Of a stretch of DNA of 20,000 nucleotides, positions 1 to 14,426 are shown piece after piece; the stretch's first letter is position 1, and every line of letters starts with the position of its first letter. The notes beneath the pieces were generated by a model that saw nothing but the letters and a program-made list of their open reading frames with translations, had not been told where the DNA came from and did not search any database. The DNA comes from Ancylonema sp. (lineage: Eukaryota). Location: assembly GCA_050230475.1 (NCBI GenBank), contig JBFLGF010000166.1, forward strand, positions 53,447 to 73,446. The letters run 5' to 3'. The position numbers were made by a program, and so were the translations under genes.

Positions 1-794
1 ATTAGCACAAATTTATCCGTCGTGTTTCATTCACCATTGGAACCTATTCGATTGAAGATTCACATGGGAGACAAGTGCCCAAATGAAACAATTATAGACA
101 CTTTGGAGGCATTATACAATGTACGATGGATGCATGTACTGTGTATACCGGAAAAACGAATAGTATCCAAAAAAATGACCTCTCTAAACGAAAACAACAG
201 TCCAATCCCAGACTCGGCATCCACAAATGTTGTACCACTGTAACAGAAAAAAAGGGCCAAAAAAATAACCTTTCCATGTCCCAACAATATCCCTTTTGAG
301 AAGTTTAATCACTGTATTTCCCTTCCCCCTTCCGGGTCACCCACGGTTGGGCTAATTTCCCTCCCCCCTGTTGCATATTTGAGGATCGGTAGCTACCGCG
401 GTGAATAGGTAGGGGATGTGGCATTAGGGCGGTGACCCCAACCATAGGCACTTGTCTCTTGTGTGAGCGACACCATAATTAGCTCTCGTAGTAATTGTGG
501 TGGTGAGATGAGTGAGGGAAGGGTGATACAAGCTCGGAGCAAATATGAAAAAACTTGACACTATGGTAGTCTTAGATGCAATCAAACCTACCGAAAGGAA
601 TATTGTTGGGAACGGGAAAAAATGATTCTTTAGACAAGTTATTCAGTTACATTGGTCCAACTTTTTTCGACTCCGGGTTTGACTCCGGGACCGGAATGTT
701 GTATTTGTTTAGAGAGGTTTATCCTTCGAAAAGTATTCCTTTACGCACTTGTACGGTTGGTGACACCGAATCTCGGCCCGTAGGGAATTTATAC

Positions 795-1290
795 CATAGT
801 TGGCCCAGCCCCACGCGGGATATTTTCCGGCCGGGGCGGGGAGCGGTGGGGAATTTGCGGGGCGGGGACATAGGCCTTTTTTATGTTTTTTTTTTTTTTG
901 CCGCAATGCGGAGATATGGCTGGTTTTGTTCAAAACCGACTTTTTGCACAATGTGCACCATATGCCACAAGTTCAACATCGATAAATGCCACCCATGAGT
1001 CCGACTCCGTGGCGTGGCGTGGTATAATGCGGTAAAAATAAAAAATAAAAAATATAAAACTTGAGACATACAAAATAATATTACACGGGTAAGGATGGCC
1101 GGCGTACTTAGTAGTATAAAATCTTGAATACTTGTCGGATTTTCAATTTTAAAAGATGTACATGATCTACGTGATCTTAGGGTTCTTTTACAAAAAAAAT
1201 CTAAAAACCCTCTTTGGCTCCGCCTCGGGCGGGATATTTTTCGCCCGGGGCGGAAATCGGGGCGGAATTTGCGGGGCGGGGCCAACTATG
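795..1290. mobile_element. Non-autonomous hAT-like MITE (~496 bp)
   Basis: Inverted repeats ACCATAGTTGGCCCAGCCCC (793-812) and GGGGCGGGGCCAACTATGGT (1273-1292) match 19/20. With ends at CATAG..CTATG the 8-bp flanks ATTTATAC (787-794) and GTTTCTAC (1291-1298) match 6/8 and fit nTnnnnAn. GC-rich subterminal direct repeats at ~815-868 and ~1229-1281; AT-rich non-coding core. Confidence 0.75.
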
Positions 1291-2025
1291 GTTTCTACCC
1301 GGTATTCTCCCCCAACAGTTTTCCTACCAATTTTGGATTTAGACTGACTGGCATGGGAAGCAATAGGAAATGGGAGGGTTTTTTTTTTTTCAACGTTCAG
1401 TCAAAGATACAATTTGCGACCCGAAAGCAAATTACCGGAAATATTCGGTTCCATACCGTTCCCTACCAATCCCTACCGTTCTCTACCGATTATGTCCCAT
1501 CGTCCTACCTTCTAGTCACCTCACCACCAGAATTCCTAGGAGAGCTACGTACGGTGTTGTAAACACATCTTGTTGCGTTAGAGCATCCGCTACGGCCTAG
1601 CAAATTTTCTTTTCCATCTACCGTAGTGCGCGCTCTTCATTATTGAAATTCAAGATACATCATTAAAATCTTTTTTTTTTTTTTTTTTAAAGTAGAAAAC
1701 CACACCCGTTTTCGGAATCATCAACGGGGCACCTACATTTGAATGTATATGTGATTAAACGGGGCTACACGGCAAAGTAGGCACGGGCAAACAACACATT
1801 TTTGGTCGAGCGACTTCTACGATGTAACAAACTACTTTTCCGGGCCCTAAACTCCCAAAGAATTTGAAATTACGATCGGACGCGCTACAAGACAAAATAA
1901 GACCTTGCATAACGATAGAGACGTGGCCAGGCACGACATCGCGACTCGTACGAGTGACCACGAGGTTAGTCGGTTGGTTAGGCCGAATAACTCGCGACTC
2001 GTATATTACCCAACCATCGGCCCCA

Positions 2026-2088
2026 ATGTTGGTTGGCTTTCTATGTTGGTTTTCTATGTTGTTGGTTTTCTATGTAGAAACCAACAAA
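2026..2088. repeat. Short tandem repeat (~15-bp unit TTTCTATGTTGGTT, ~3 copies) followed by an inverted copy
   Basis: atgttggttggctttctatgttggtttttctatgttgttggttttctatg followed by tagaaaccaacaaaa. Confidence 0.6.
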
Positions 2089-3073
2089 ATAGCGGAGGAT
2101 GATAGATAAAGGGATTTTGTATTACTTATTCAGGGTTGTTTTTTATTGAGGATTTTTATGATGATTTTTTTTTTTTTTTTTTTTTCAATATTTATTTTTT
2201 GTTACTACCGGTATTAGGGCGCAAAAATCCAACCCTACGCACACTAGTGGAGGACCCCCACCCCTAAGCCGCCTACCCCCTACTCGGTGGGTAGCCTGCA
2301 ACCTTGAGAAAACTCGGAAAACGGGATGTATATAGGCGGGTCAGACGCATTTAGGAAATTCGCATCGAAACGGTAGGGGGCAGGGGGTAGGCAACTCGTT
2401 TTCAGTATTCGTGGCAAGTAGGGATAGGTAAGGAAATGGGTAGGAATGCAACCTAACGAACAAAAAATGGGCGAATTTAAAAAATGAGGGCGGAAGATTG
2501 AAATATGAATGTGGACTGATGAAGTATACACCCTGACGAGGATTCCCTTTGTGAGTGTTTCCCTTAGTATTTCAATGGCGTCTTCATATTCTAAATATCT
2601 AATGATCTAGTCGAAACACAACATAAATAAGTGAATACATGTCAGCATAGTAGTAGATTATTAAGGTTACGAAAGAAACACAAATTGAATAAATATTTAT
2701 TTTTCAATGTCGATGCCAATAATATTGTGGAGAGCACCTTGTATTTCACAAATACACTACAACAAGAGTCTCTAGTTTTTATCAACTTCTAAATTTCTAA
2801 TTGAATGATCTCCAAACATTTTAGAGAGCGTGTTAAGAAAGATACTTACGCAGTTAGTGAAATCACAAAATGCGTGTATAGAAGCGGTGACGTGCGGTTT
2901 GGAGTCGGCTACTCTTCGGGATGGTTGTTGGTTGATGGCTTGATTGGAATGGTTATCTTCTTGTTGTATATTTATTGTTGATACTTGTCTTGATATTCTC
3001 CTTCGTCACTGTAGTCTCGAATGGTTTTTACTTGATGTTGATCATAGTCTTGTAGGGCTCTGCTGCTCTCACT

Positions 3074-3873
3074 AAGTTGGGTTGCAGATTGCGTCTTTGC
3101 TCAGAATTAGGTGTTACGCTAATTCTATCACACTTTCTCGTGCGTGAATATGTGGAACACTACTTGACGCCGAGGTCGAGTCGGCAATTACTATCGATAG
3201 TAGAAAGTATAGAAAGGATAGTCGATGGTAAACATAGTATTATGGTGCAGAACACTACGGTCGATAGCCGAAAGGTAAACTTTCGAGTAGAAAGTTCGGT
3301 TGTCAAACGGTGCTTTGACAGATGGTATTTGGTAGATGTGATGTGCTCGTTCAGTTAGAACGTCAACAATTGGTTGCGCGACGTTATCTTTCTAGCTCGG
3401 TATGGGCGTCTGTAAATCGATGAAAATTGACAAAGTAGTTCTGGCTCAGTCACAGCGTCAGCAAAGTGGTACACAAATATCGTTGGCTCAGTAAGAGCGT
3501 CAGCACAAAGATGTGATAGTAAACAAACAAGTTTACATGTTGGCTTAGTAAGAGCGTCAGCGAAACAACACAAGTAATTACAACAAGTTGCGAAGGACAC
3601 TTTGGTCAACTTACACATTTGATCGACGTCAGTCGAGCGAGCAATCATAGACAATTAAAGAGATGATGGCAAGAATTGGCGTCACCCAAGAGTTGCGGGA
3701 TTCATATAATACAATTGAAAGGATTTCTCGAAAGAGTTATGAAAGTTTTTTGACGGCGCAGTCTGACAGCGGAAGGTGGCAGATCTGTTACAAATGAAAG
3801 TCTTTATGCTGCGTGATTCTAATCGGCAGACTAACTAGAGTCAATCGACATGATTAATCGACACGTTGTACTC
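3074..3873. repeat. ~800 bp direct repeat, copy 1 (LTR-like)
   Basis: Colinear with 4811-5612 from AAGTTGGGTTGCAGATTG to ...TAATCGACA..TGTACTC; roughly 90% identical by eye. Contains internal GGCTCAGTAAGAGCGTCAGC-type subrepeats at ~3443-3563. Confidence 0.92.
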
Positions 3874-3901
3874 CACTAGAGCTCGACAGGCTATACTGTA
3901 C

Positions 3902-4715
3902 TAGAGCAGGTGGTGGTTGTTTCGGCATGGGTGCCTATGGTGGATATGCATAAGGTGGTGGTACATCCCCATGTGGTGAATCCAATAGTAAATTTCGGCG
4001 GTGGGAACAATTGGACATGCTGTGTCCTTTTTGTCCATAGAAGAAGCATCGTACCTCTCTCATAGTAGAATCATATTGGTTGGTCTAGATAGTCGTAGTG
4101 TGGTAATGGTTCACTTTTGGATGGTAGAAGTTCACAGTCGGTTTCGTGGTCTGATGTTATGCTGACCTCGTTGTTGGTTTGAGGTAGAGTAGTCCAATTA
4201 AGCGAAGTCGATGTGCTCATGCGGTCGATGATTTTTTGCACAACTCGTTCTAGCTGAGTATCGGAAATGTGGATGGAGATATCTGGTGCAGATTCGTCCA
4301 TGGGCATCACTGTGTAGGACACTGCGTTTATTTTAGTAGTAACTTTGTCGATGATGCCGTTGATGTTGCGTGTCACCATGTCTTCCCGCCATTGTACCTC
4401 AACTTTTTGGAGCTGTGTCAAAATATGGGTCGGATATACTTGCTCCCAATCCTGTGGTCGATACTTACTTAGAATATGAACGTGCTCCATGATTGTTTCC
4501 TAAACCTTTGGAACAAAGGCCTGGACGACCGTGGTGTGGGTCTCAACCTGTTCCGCAATTTGCCAAAGTCTGAAGTATCGGAAGTCAGAACTGATGTTTG
4601 CGGCCTTCCGGATCATGTCCTTGTGGTAGTTCAAATCATTGATTTTCGCTGCCGTCGCTGAACCTTGTTGCTCGGGGAGTGTGTAACCCGTTGTCTGGTT
4701 GACAATGTTGATCAT
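3902..4715 (-). pseudogene. Decayed gag-like / CCHC zinc-knuckle protein
   Basis: ORFs 4500-4715 and 4071-4490 are in the same frame, separated by one TAG. A frameshift near 4075 leads to REVRCFFYGQKGHSMSNC (knuckle at 4048-4007: CX2[C>Y]X4HX4C) and a Pro-rich tail (VPPPYAYPP*APMPKQPPP). Confidence 0.62.
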
Positions 4716-4810
4716 TGAAACTACTAGTTTTTTTTTTATTTAAAAAACTGGTCAATTTGTGGTAATAAAAAATGATTTTCTAGGGTTAAAGTCTTGCCCT
4801 GTCCTGATTG

Positions 4811-5612
4811 AAGTTGGGTTGCAGATTGAGTCCCTGCTGAGAATTAGGTGTTACTCTAATTCTATCACACTTTTTTGTGCGTGGATGTGTGGAACACTAC
4901 TTGACGCCGAGGGCGAGTAGACAATTACTATCGATGATAGAAATTTTGGAAAGGATAGTCGATGGTAAACATAGTATTTTTGGTGCATAACACCAAGGTC
5001 AACAGCCGAAAGGTAAACTTTCGAGTAGAAAGATCGGCTCTCAAACGGTGCGTTGACAGATAGTATTTTGGTAGATGTGATGTGCTCGTTCAGTTAGAAC
5101 GTCAACAATTGGTTGCGCGTCGTTATCCTACTGGCTCGGTATGGGCGTCTGTAAATCGATGAAAATCGACAAAGTAGTTCTAGCTCAATCAAAACGTGAG
5201 CAAAGTGGTACACAAATATCGCTGGCTCAATAAGAGCGTCAGCACAAAGATGTGATAGTAAACAAACAAGTTTACATGTTGGCTTAGTAAGAGCGTCAGC
5301 GAAACAACACAAGTAATTACAACAAGTTGCGAAGGACACTTTGGTCAACTTACCCATTTGGTCGACGTCGGTCGAGCGAGCAATCGTAGACAATTAACAA
5401 GATAATCGCAAGAATTGGCGTCACTAAAGAGTTGCAGGATTTAGATTATACAATTGAAAGGATTTCTCGAAAAATGTATGAAAGTTTTTTGACGGCGCAA
5501 TCTGACTGCGGAAGGTGGCAGATCTGTTACAAATGAAAGTCTTTATGCTGCGCGATGCCCATCGGCAGACTAACTAGAGTCAATCGACATGGGTAATCGA
5601 CAGGCTGTACTC
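4811..5612. repeat. ~800 bp direct repeat, copy 2 (LTR-like)
   Basis: Colinear with 3074-3873. The near-identical 99-aa ORFs 3355-3654 and 5094-5393 confirm the duplication. Confidence 0.92.
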
Positions 5613-7168
5613 TAGAATGTTATATTCAATCTTGACGCTACAAATATAGACGTCAATTATTCTTCGGCTGTATTTTATCGCCCGGATAATATCGAAAAGT
5701 CAGAAATATCATCGTCGATAACAAACTAGCGCTTAGCGCTGAAAAATCGACACGCACTCTAAATTGGACGACTTCTGGATATTACACTCGGAAAATACGC
5801 CATGCGTTATTTATTTCGAGTTTACACAAATGTACTGAATTTTGCGAAGTATTGATTCTAACTTCACACTGAATTCTCGATATCTATCTATTCTTGTTAT
5901 ATCGAATTTGTTTGCTTATAGCAAAGTATTCGACTAGAGAGGTTTGGATATCATTACAGAGTGGTTCTACTTAACGATCTCTAGCGGCATGATAGCGGTT
6001 TTTTTCGGCCTTTGCTCTAAGTATGTGATGTACAAATTAATGATTCACGTGTGTGTCTAAAGTAACGCACAAGACCTCATCTACTTTATTATAGCGTCAT
6101 ACCACTTGCGTTCTACGTTATTTACAACGTGATCAGGAAAAGTCACCCGTAATCCACCGTTAAAGACGCCAAGAACAAGCGGAAAATGCCACCTACCCCC
6201 TACCTGCGAGGGATGGCAAGTCTAAAAACCCTCTCCGTAATTAGGGGTATTTAGACCGTAATCACAAAATCATGATAAGGGTTCCCCCCAAAAGCTCCCC
6301 TAAAAATCCCAAAGTATACATTTGAAATAAGGGGCAATTTAGGGGCGTTTGCCACCTCAGACCGTCAATTTAGAGCCTAAATTGTTGTAATTTGAAAGGG
6401 GAAAAACATGGAGGCCTGTCACCAAACGTACTAACAAGAATCGCCACTGATAAGTGCCGTGTCGCTATTGCGTATACTTTGAGTGGACATCGGACAACGG
6501 ATTTTGGCCTACCACGAGTTTGTCAAGCTCAATCGGGTAATGTTTGCCATGAATTGTGAGATAGTAGATCTTATCGAGAGTAACCTCTCACCGGGGCGTA
6601 CGGAACTGTTTCGCCCCGGAAACTCGGAATTGAGGCTCTTCGGAGGAAATTCAGTCTTGCCTGTCCTCCGCCCCCCCCCCCCAAAATTTTCGAACGGATT
6701 GGAGGGTAAATGGCATTGATAACTAATTTAATCAATGCCATAAATTTCATTGCACGACCGTATACTTGGACACACTACTTTCCCCTCCAAATTGTGATGA
6801 TGGAAACTCTCATATTACATTGATTATCCACGTTTTTGCTTGTAGACTAGTGTTGCCAATGTGTAGAGAAAATGCGGCAATGGATTACTTTATGAAGTGA
6901 CTACATGTCGTACCTATATCGATCGTGTACGGCTACACGTGCAAACGCTACACCGTATAGGCACACCATACACATCGTGGCTATAACAAGGTCCACTCGA
7001 CCGTACAAGCTATCACATAGCAAGGCCATCTCCCTAGGCACACCCCGTACTCGCGTAACCACGCCTAGACGGCATGCAGTTACCGAGCACCGCTCCCCAT
7101 CACCGCGCCTAGACGGCATGCGGTGCCGCAACTTGCGCGATCACAAAAACAAATGCTCACTCCCCCGC

Positions 7169-7992
7169 TGTCACTAACGTACTGGGCAAGATATCAAGCT
7201 CTGTCTCTAGACGCGTCGAACGCACTATCGTACGCAGCAAATGATTACCGCTACGATATATGGCATTCGCTCAACGATATCAGCCTTTAACATCCCCATA
7301 GCCAAAGCTCAACGCAATCACAAAACGACACGTCAACGCTCTTGCCAAAGCTTATTTGGTATGCACTCTGGCGTAATGCAGCCAGAGTGCTCAAGCATCA
7401 GAATACATAGTCCGAAAGTCCAACAAGGCACTTCCGACTCACTTGTACTATCCGTACGCTAGAATGTAATCTACATCGTACGCATGCGTCCGATCGAACA
7501 CATTCAGTCCAAGTATTTCCTACCCTTAGCCGAAATCGAACACGATCACAATCGGCCAATCACATAACTGCCAGCATGTCACTACATGGGCCCCTCAACC
7601 CGGGAGTCGGGCACGGCCCCGTTTCGTGGCCGCTGTAACGTTTGTGGCCCGACGGCCGCTATGTCTAACAAATAAAACGAGCGCGGAAGTCAATCCTAAA
7701 TTCCATACTTCCGCCAAACTACTGCCGCCATATTTCCGTATCCCCGCTAAAGCAATCGAATATCGATCGCTCTATCGAACAATTAATATTTCGACGGGCC
7801 CCTGCGGGCTCCCGCCCGCTGCCGCTATATCGCGAACAAATAAATAACCCAGTCCCCAGCCGCCTACCGCCCTAGCCGCCTACCGCCCTACTGCAGACAG
7901 CATGCTAGCGGCGTCAACCGTACCCGGGTGAATACCCGGTTGGGACCGTACGGCACACATGTGCCGCAAGTGCGCGTCGATTAAGTGTGACA
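7169..7992 (-). mobile_element. LTR copy (solo or orphan) related to the LTR at 13561-14321, in inverted orientation
   Basis: Reverse complement aligns with 13561-14319. Both start TGTCA-N13-CGCAC. This copy is bounded by TGTCAC (7169) and GTGACA (7992). Shared hairpin at 7363-7390; private 16-bp tandem duplication at 7859-7890. No clear TSD. Confidence 0.8.
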
Positions 7993-8705
7993 TACACAAT
8001 CAGCGATGCGATGCGATGCTTCCGATCGTTCTCTCTTTGTTTGTCACTTCGATTTGATTTTTTGAGACACAAATTTTTGACTTCTCGCTCCAAGTTTTCC
8101 AAATATACCATAGGCTCAAATAGGTGTTGGGAAAAAAAAACTATTTTCTCTACCAAAATCATGTAGGAGATCAAACATGCATGATATAGTGAATGTGGTT
8201 CCAGGTGGGCTTTTTCAAACTTAGTGAGTCTCGTTTTGTCTGATTATTTTGAAATTATGCTTGAAACACATTATCCACTGGAATGGCAAGTTTTTAAGGG
8301 CACTACTGTTTTCACAACTGCTGAAGAATCCAAAGAATCCATGTCTACCTTGGCAATTTCGCAAAGTCACACCCAGAAATCAATTTAGGGCCTAATCTGT
8401 CATCCCCGCCCGCCTATCCAGCGAAGATTTCCAGCTGCGGCTGGCCCTCTCGGCAGGGGTCCCGCCATACCAGCAGTGATGCCAGCGGTGTGCCTTGGGA
8501 GCAGAAAGCGTGAAGTCGATAAGGGAATAAATGGCTGACCAGATGACAACAAAGTTTTGCCGAAGGCCGCAGTGTGCCGCTCAAGTCGCGCACGGCTCAC
8601 GACAGCATCTAAGGAGGAAGAGCGGATACTCATCGCGTCCTCACCTTCTGCCAATTAAGAAGTGTTTTTCTTGATTATATAGTCAGTAATTACAACTCAG
8701 CGAAT

Positions 8706-11774
<3,069 letters not shown>

Positions 11775-13560
11775 ATTACCACTTCAAATGTTGTGTCACA
11801 ACAAAAATTTATGCACTGCTTCCTACTACATGTGTTTTACAACGTTAGGACCACAAACCGATGTTTGGTCCTAGGTAGAGACCGATGTTTGGACCACAAA
11901 CCTATTGTGGAGTGTGTTGTGGTCCCTCCGATGCTATGCCTTCAAAATCTTTGTGAGATGGGGGTGCTAAAAGTTGGTGGAAGCATGCACTTTAGGCAAT
12001 CCAGTTATCTCTTTTACGCTATATGACTTCGTTTTTATGGCTTCCAAGTGAGTCATAATGAGGAAATAACCCCACTTTGTTGCTAAAGATTGCACTTTAT
12101 TTTTTGGTTAGTCCCCAAACCGTTCGGAATATTTTCCGAACGACTTCAATACGTTAAAAAAAAAAAAAAAACATTCGAAGTTTGATCGGACACGGTTGTA
12201 AAAATGGGGTGTGGATTCGTTTGTGGTGTAGAGGCTACAACATGGGTATAATGTAAAACTAAATCTTGAGTTTGTGGGCAGTGACTAGTGTTTTACTTTA
12301 CTTCTCTGCGTCCGAAAGCATGCACACCACGTTTTTGAAAAGCGAGTTTGATGTGGGGCAAACTTTGATTCAATCAACACGAAGCGACATGGTGAAGCCT
12401 TGTGACAATACGTTTCTTCAATTTCTAGTGTATCGAACGTTTTTTTTTTTTAAAATATATATTTTAAATTACGAGAATTGATCATCGGTTTCAATAACCA
12501 TCTTACATTAATTTACAATGCCTAGTACGGTTCACTTAAAAAACTAGCTAGTAGCATCCTTTCGTTCTCTCATTGCAACACATAAAATAATACTACAACA
12601 CTTTGTACGTTGAGATGTGTCCGCATGCACAAATGTAGTCGAGCCCGAAATTAAACCTAAAACGGTGGACGGGGCTTTTTATTTTATTTTATTTTTTTAC
12701 AACTAATCTCCCCATGTCGCAACGACTTGAAAAATAATTTCGTCGTGTACTTCATTAGCTTCAGCAATGGTTGCACTTATAAGGAGTGGGGCTGGTGGGT
12801 TGATTGTTGTGTAGGGAGAAATGGCCCGCGCATAACGCTATAATCTTGCATGCATAGACACTAGAGCACGTGCACATATAAATATGTACATGAGTGGGGA
12901 TGTGTGAGACTATTAACATACTTGGATTGGGTGCGTACACGTCGCGCACGATGCGCTATCCTATTATGATGTAATTTCTATTTTTGCAAACTTCTATCAT
13001 CGTGGTTCTGTAGGGGGACAATGGAACGTGCACGTACCTTTTCACCTTCATAAAGAGACATGATACACCCCATATGATACTTCACATCATGTGCAGTTTC
13101 ATCTTACTATGGAGTAAATGTGACATCTGGTGGTGCATTTCTACCTGATTGTATTATAAGAAGAGTGACATTTGGCGCCAATGGAGAACATTCACATATA
13201 TACGGGCCACTCATTCCGTTGAACTGTTATAAAAAACATCGACGACTAGACATGCAATGCACTATACTTGGCGTGTAATATCAATTGATTATCAATACAC
13301 ATAATTGTCGACGGGTGGTGACATATGTCATAGTAACAAACCGTTTGAGTTTTCTTTGCGATTGTACATCACCGCCAGTACTCGCATGAGACCAATATCA
13401 ACAGATCTTCCATGCATGTGATAATAACATTCAAGATTGAAGAATGATACGTTTAACAAGATTACATGATTAACAATATTACGTTTATATCAATGGAATC
13501 GATAACCATCGATACACAAAAATCGCGAAGCCATCGATGTCAGAAGGGCAGAAAACAGCG

Positions 13561-14321
13561 TGTCATACATCTGACTATCGCACGTGCGGCGCGTGTGTGC
13601 CGTACGGTCCCGGCCGGGTATTGACCCGGGTACGGTTGACGCCGCTAGCATGCGGTCTGCAGTAGGGCGGTAGGCGGCTGGGGGCTGGGGTAGTTATTTG
13701 TTCGCGATAGAGCGGTAGCGGGCGGGAGCCCGCAGGGGCCCGTCAGAATAGTAATTGTTCGATAGAGCGATCGATATTCGATTGGTGTAGCGAGGGATAG
13801 TTACTAGCCGTTTGACTTTTGGTTGCGGTTCAGTATAGCGGGTGTCAGGCCACGGGACGTTCCAGCGAAACGTGGTCGGGTCAGGCTCCCGGGTTGTGGG
13901 GTCATATAGTGCCATGCTGGCATGAATTGATTGGGTCGATTTTGATCGTTAGCGATTGCGACGTTGGGTAGGATATGCTTGGACTAGATGCATCCGGATC
14001 GGACGCATGCGTACGGCGTAGATTCTATTCTAGCGTACGGAAAGTACAAGTGAGTCGGAAGTGTGTCTTGTTGGACTTTCGGACTATGTATTCTGATGCA
14101 TGAGCACTCTGGCTGCATTACGCCAGAGTGCATACCGATATAAGCTTTGGCAAGAGCGGTAACGTGTCCACTTTGTGATTCCGTTGAGTATTGGCCATGG
14201 CTATTTCAAAGGCTGATATCGTTGAGCAACATCATGTATCGGAGCGGTGATCATTTACTGCATGCGATAGTGCGTTTGACGCGTCTAGAGACATAGCTCG
14301 ATATCTTGCCCACTACGTTCA
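13561..14321 (+). repeat. 5' LTR (~761 bp, TG...CA)
   Basis: Starts TGTCATAC and ends ACGTTCA; homology to 7176-7992 stops at these boundaries. Lies ~105 bp upstream of the first ATG (14427). Confidence 0.78.
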
Positions 14322-14335
14322 CTCTGGCGTAATGC
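14320..14335 (+). promoter_or_regulatory. Candidate self-priming primer binding site
   Basis: CACTCTGGCGTAATGC at the LTR 3' edge is the exact reverse complement of GCATTACGCCAGAGTG (14115-14130) inside the same LTR. Confidence 0.55.
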
Positions 14336-14426
14336 TACGCTAGCGAAATTTTCAAAAAGATTTTGAGTCAAATTTTCAGCGCGTAGTTAAATTTGAACGA
14401 CCCAAGGTGGTAGTTCTAGATTCATT

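Noticed and set aside
22..243. 73-aa ORF at the window start
   Set aside because: No recognisable motif and no upstream context, so it cannot be supported.
2210..2250. CACTAGTG as a CACTA start or a Helitron 3' end
   Set aside because: No convincing partner TIR or 3-bp TSD; the upstream hairpin (TAGGG..CCCTA) is only 5 bp.
3443..3563. CRISPR-like spaced repeats
   Set aside because: Only three degenerate ~20-bp repeats with uneven spacing, in a eukaryotic repeat with no cas genes.
3355..5393. Paired 99-aa ORFs (3355-3654, 5094-5393) as duplicated genes
   Set aside because: Similarity is explained by the DNA duplication; no recognisable domain, and the periodicity comes from DNA subrepeats.
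8400..8654. Minus-strand 84-aa ORF divergent from the R3H gene
   Set aside because: No domain or convincing downstream exons; more likely GC-rich promoter or 5' UTR sequence.
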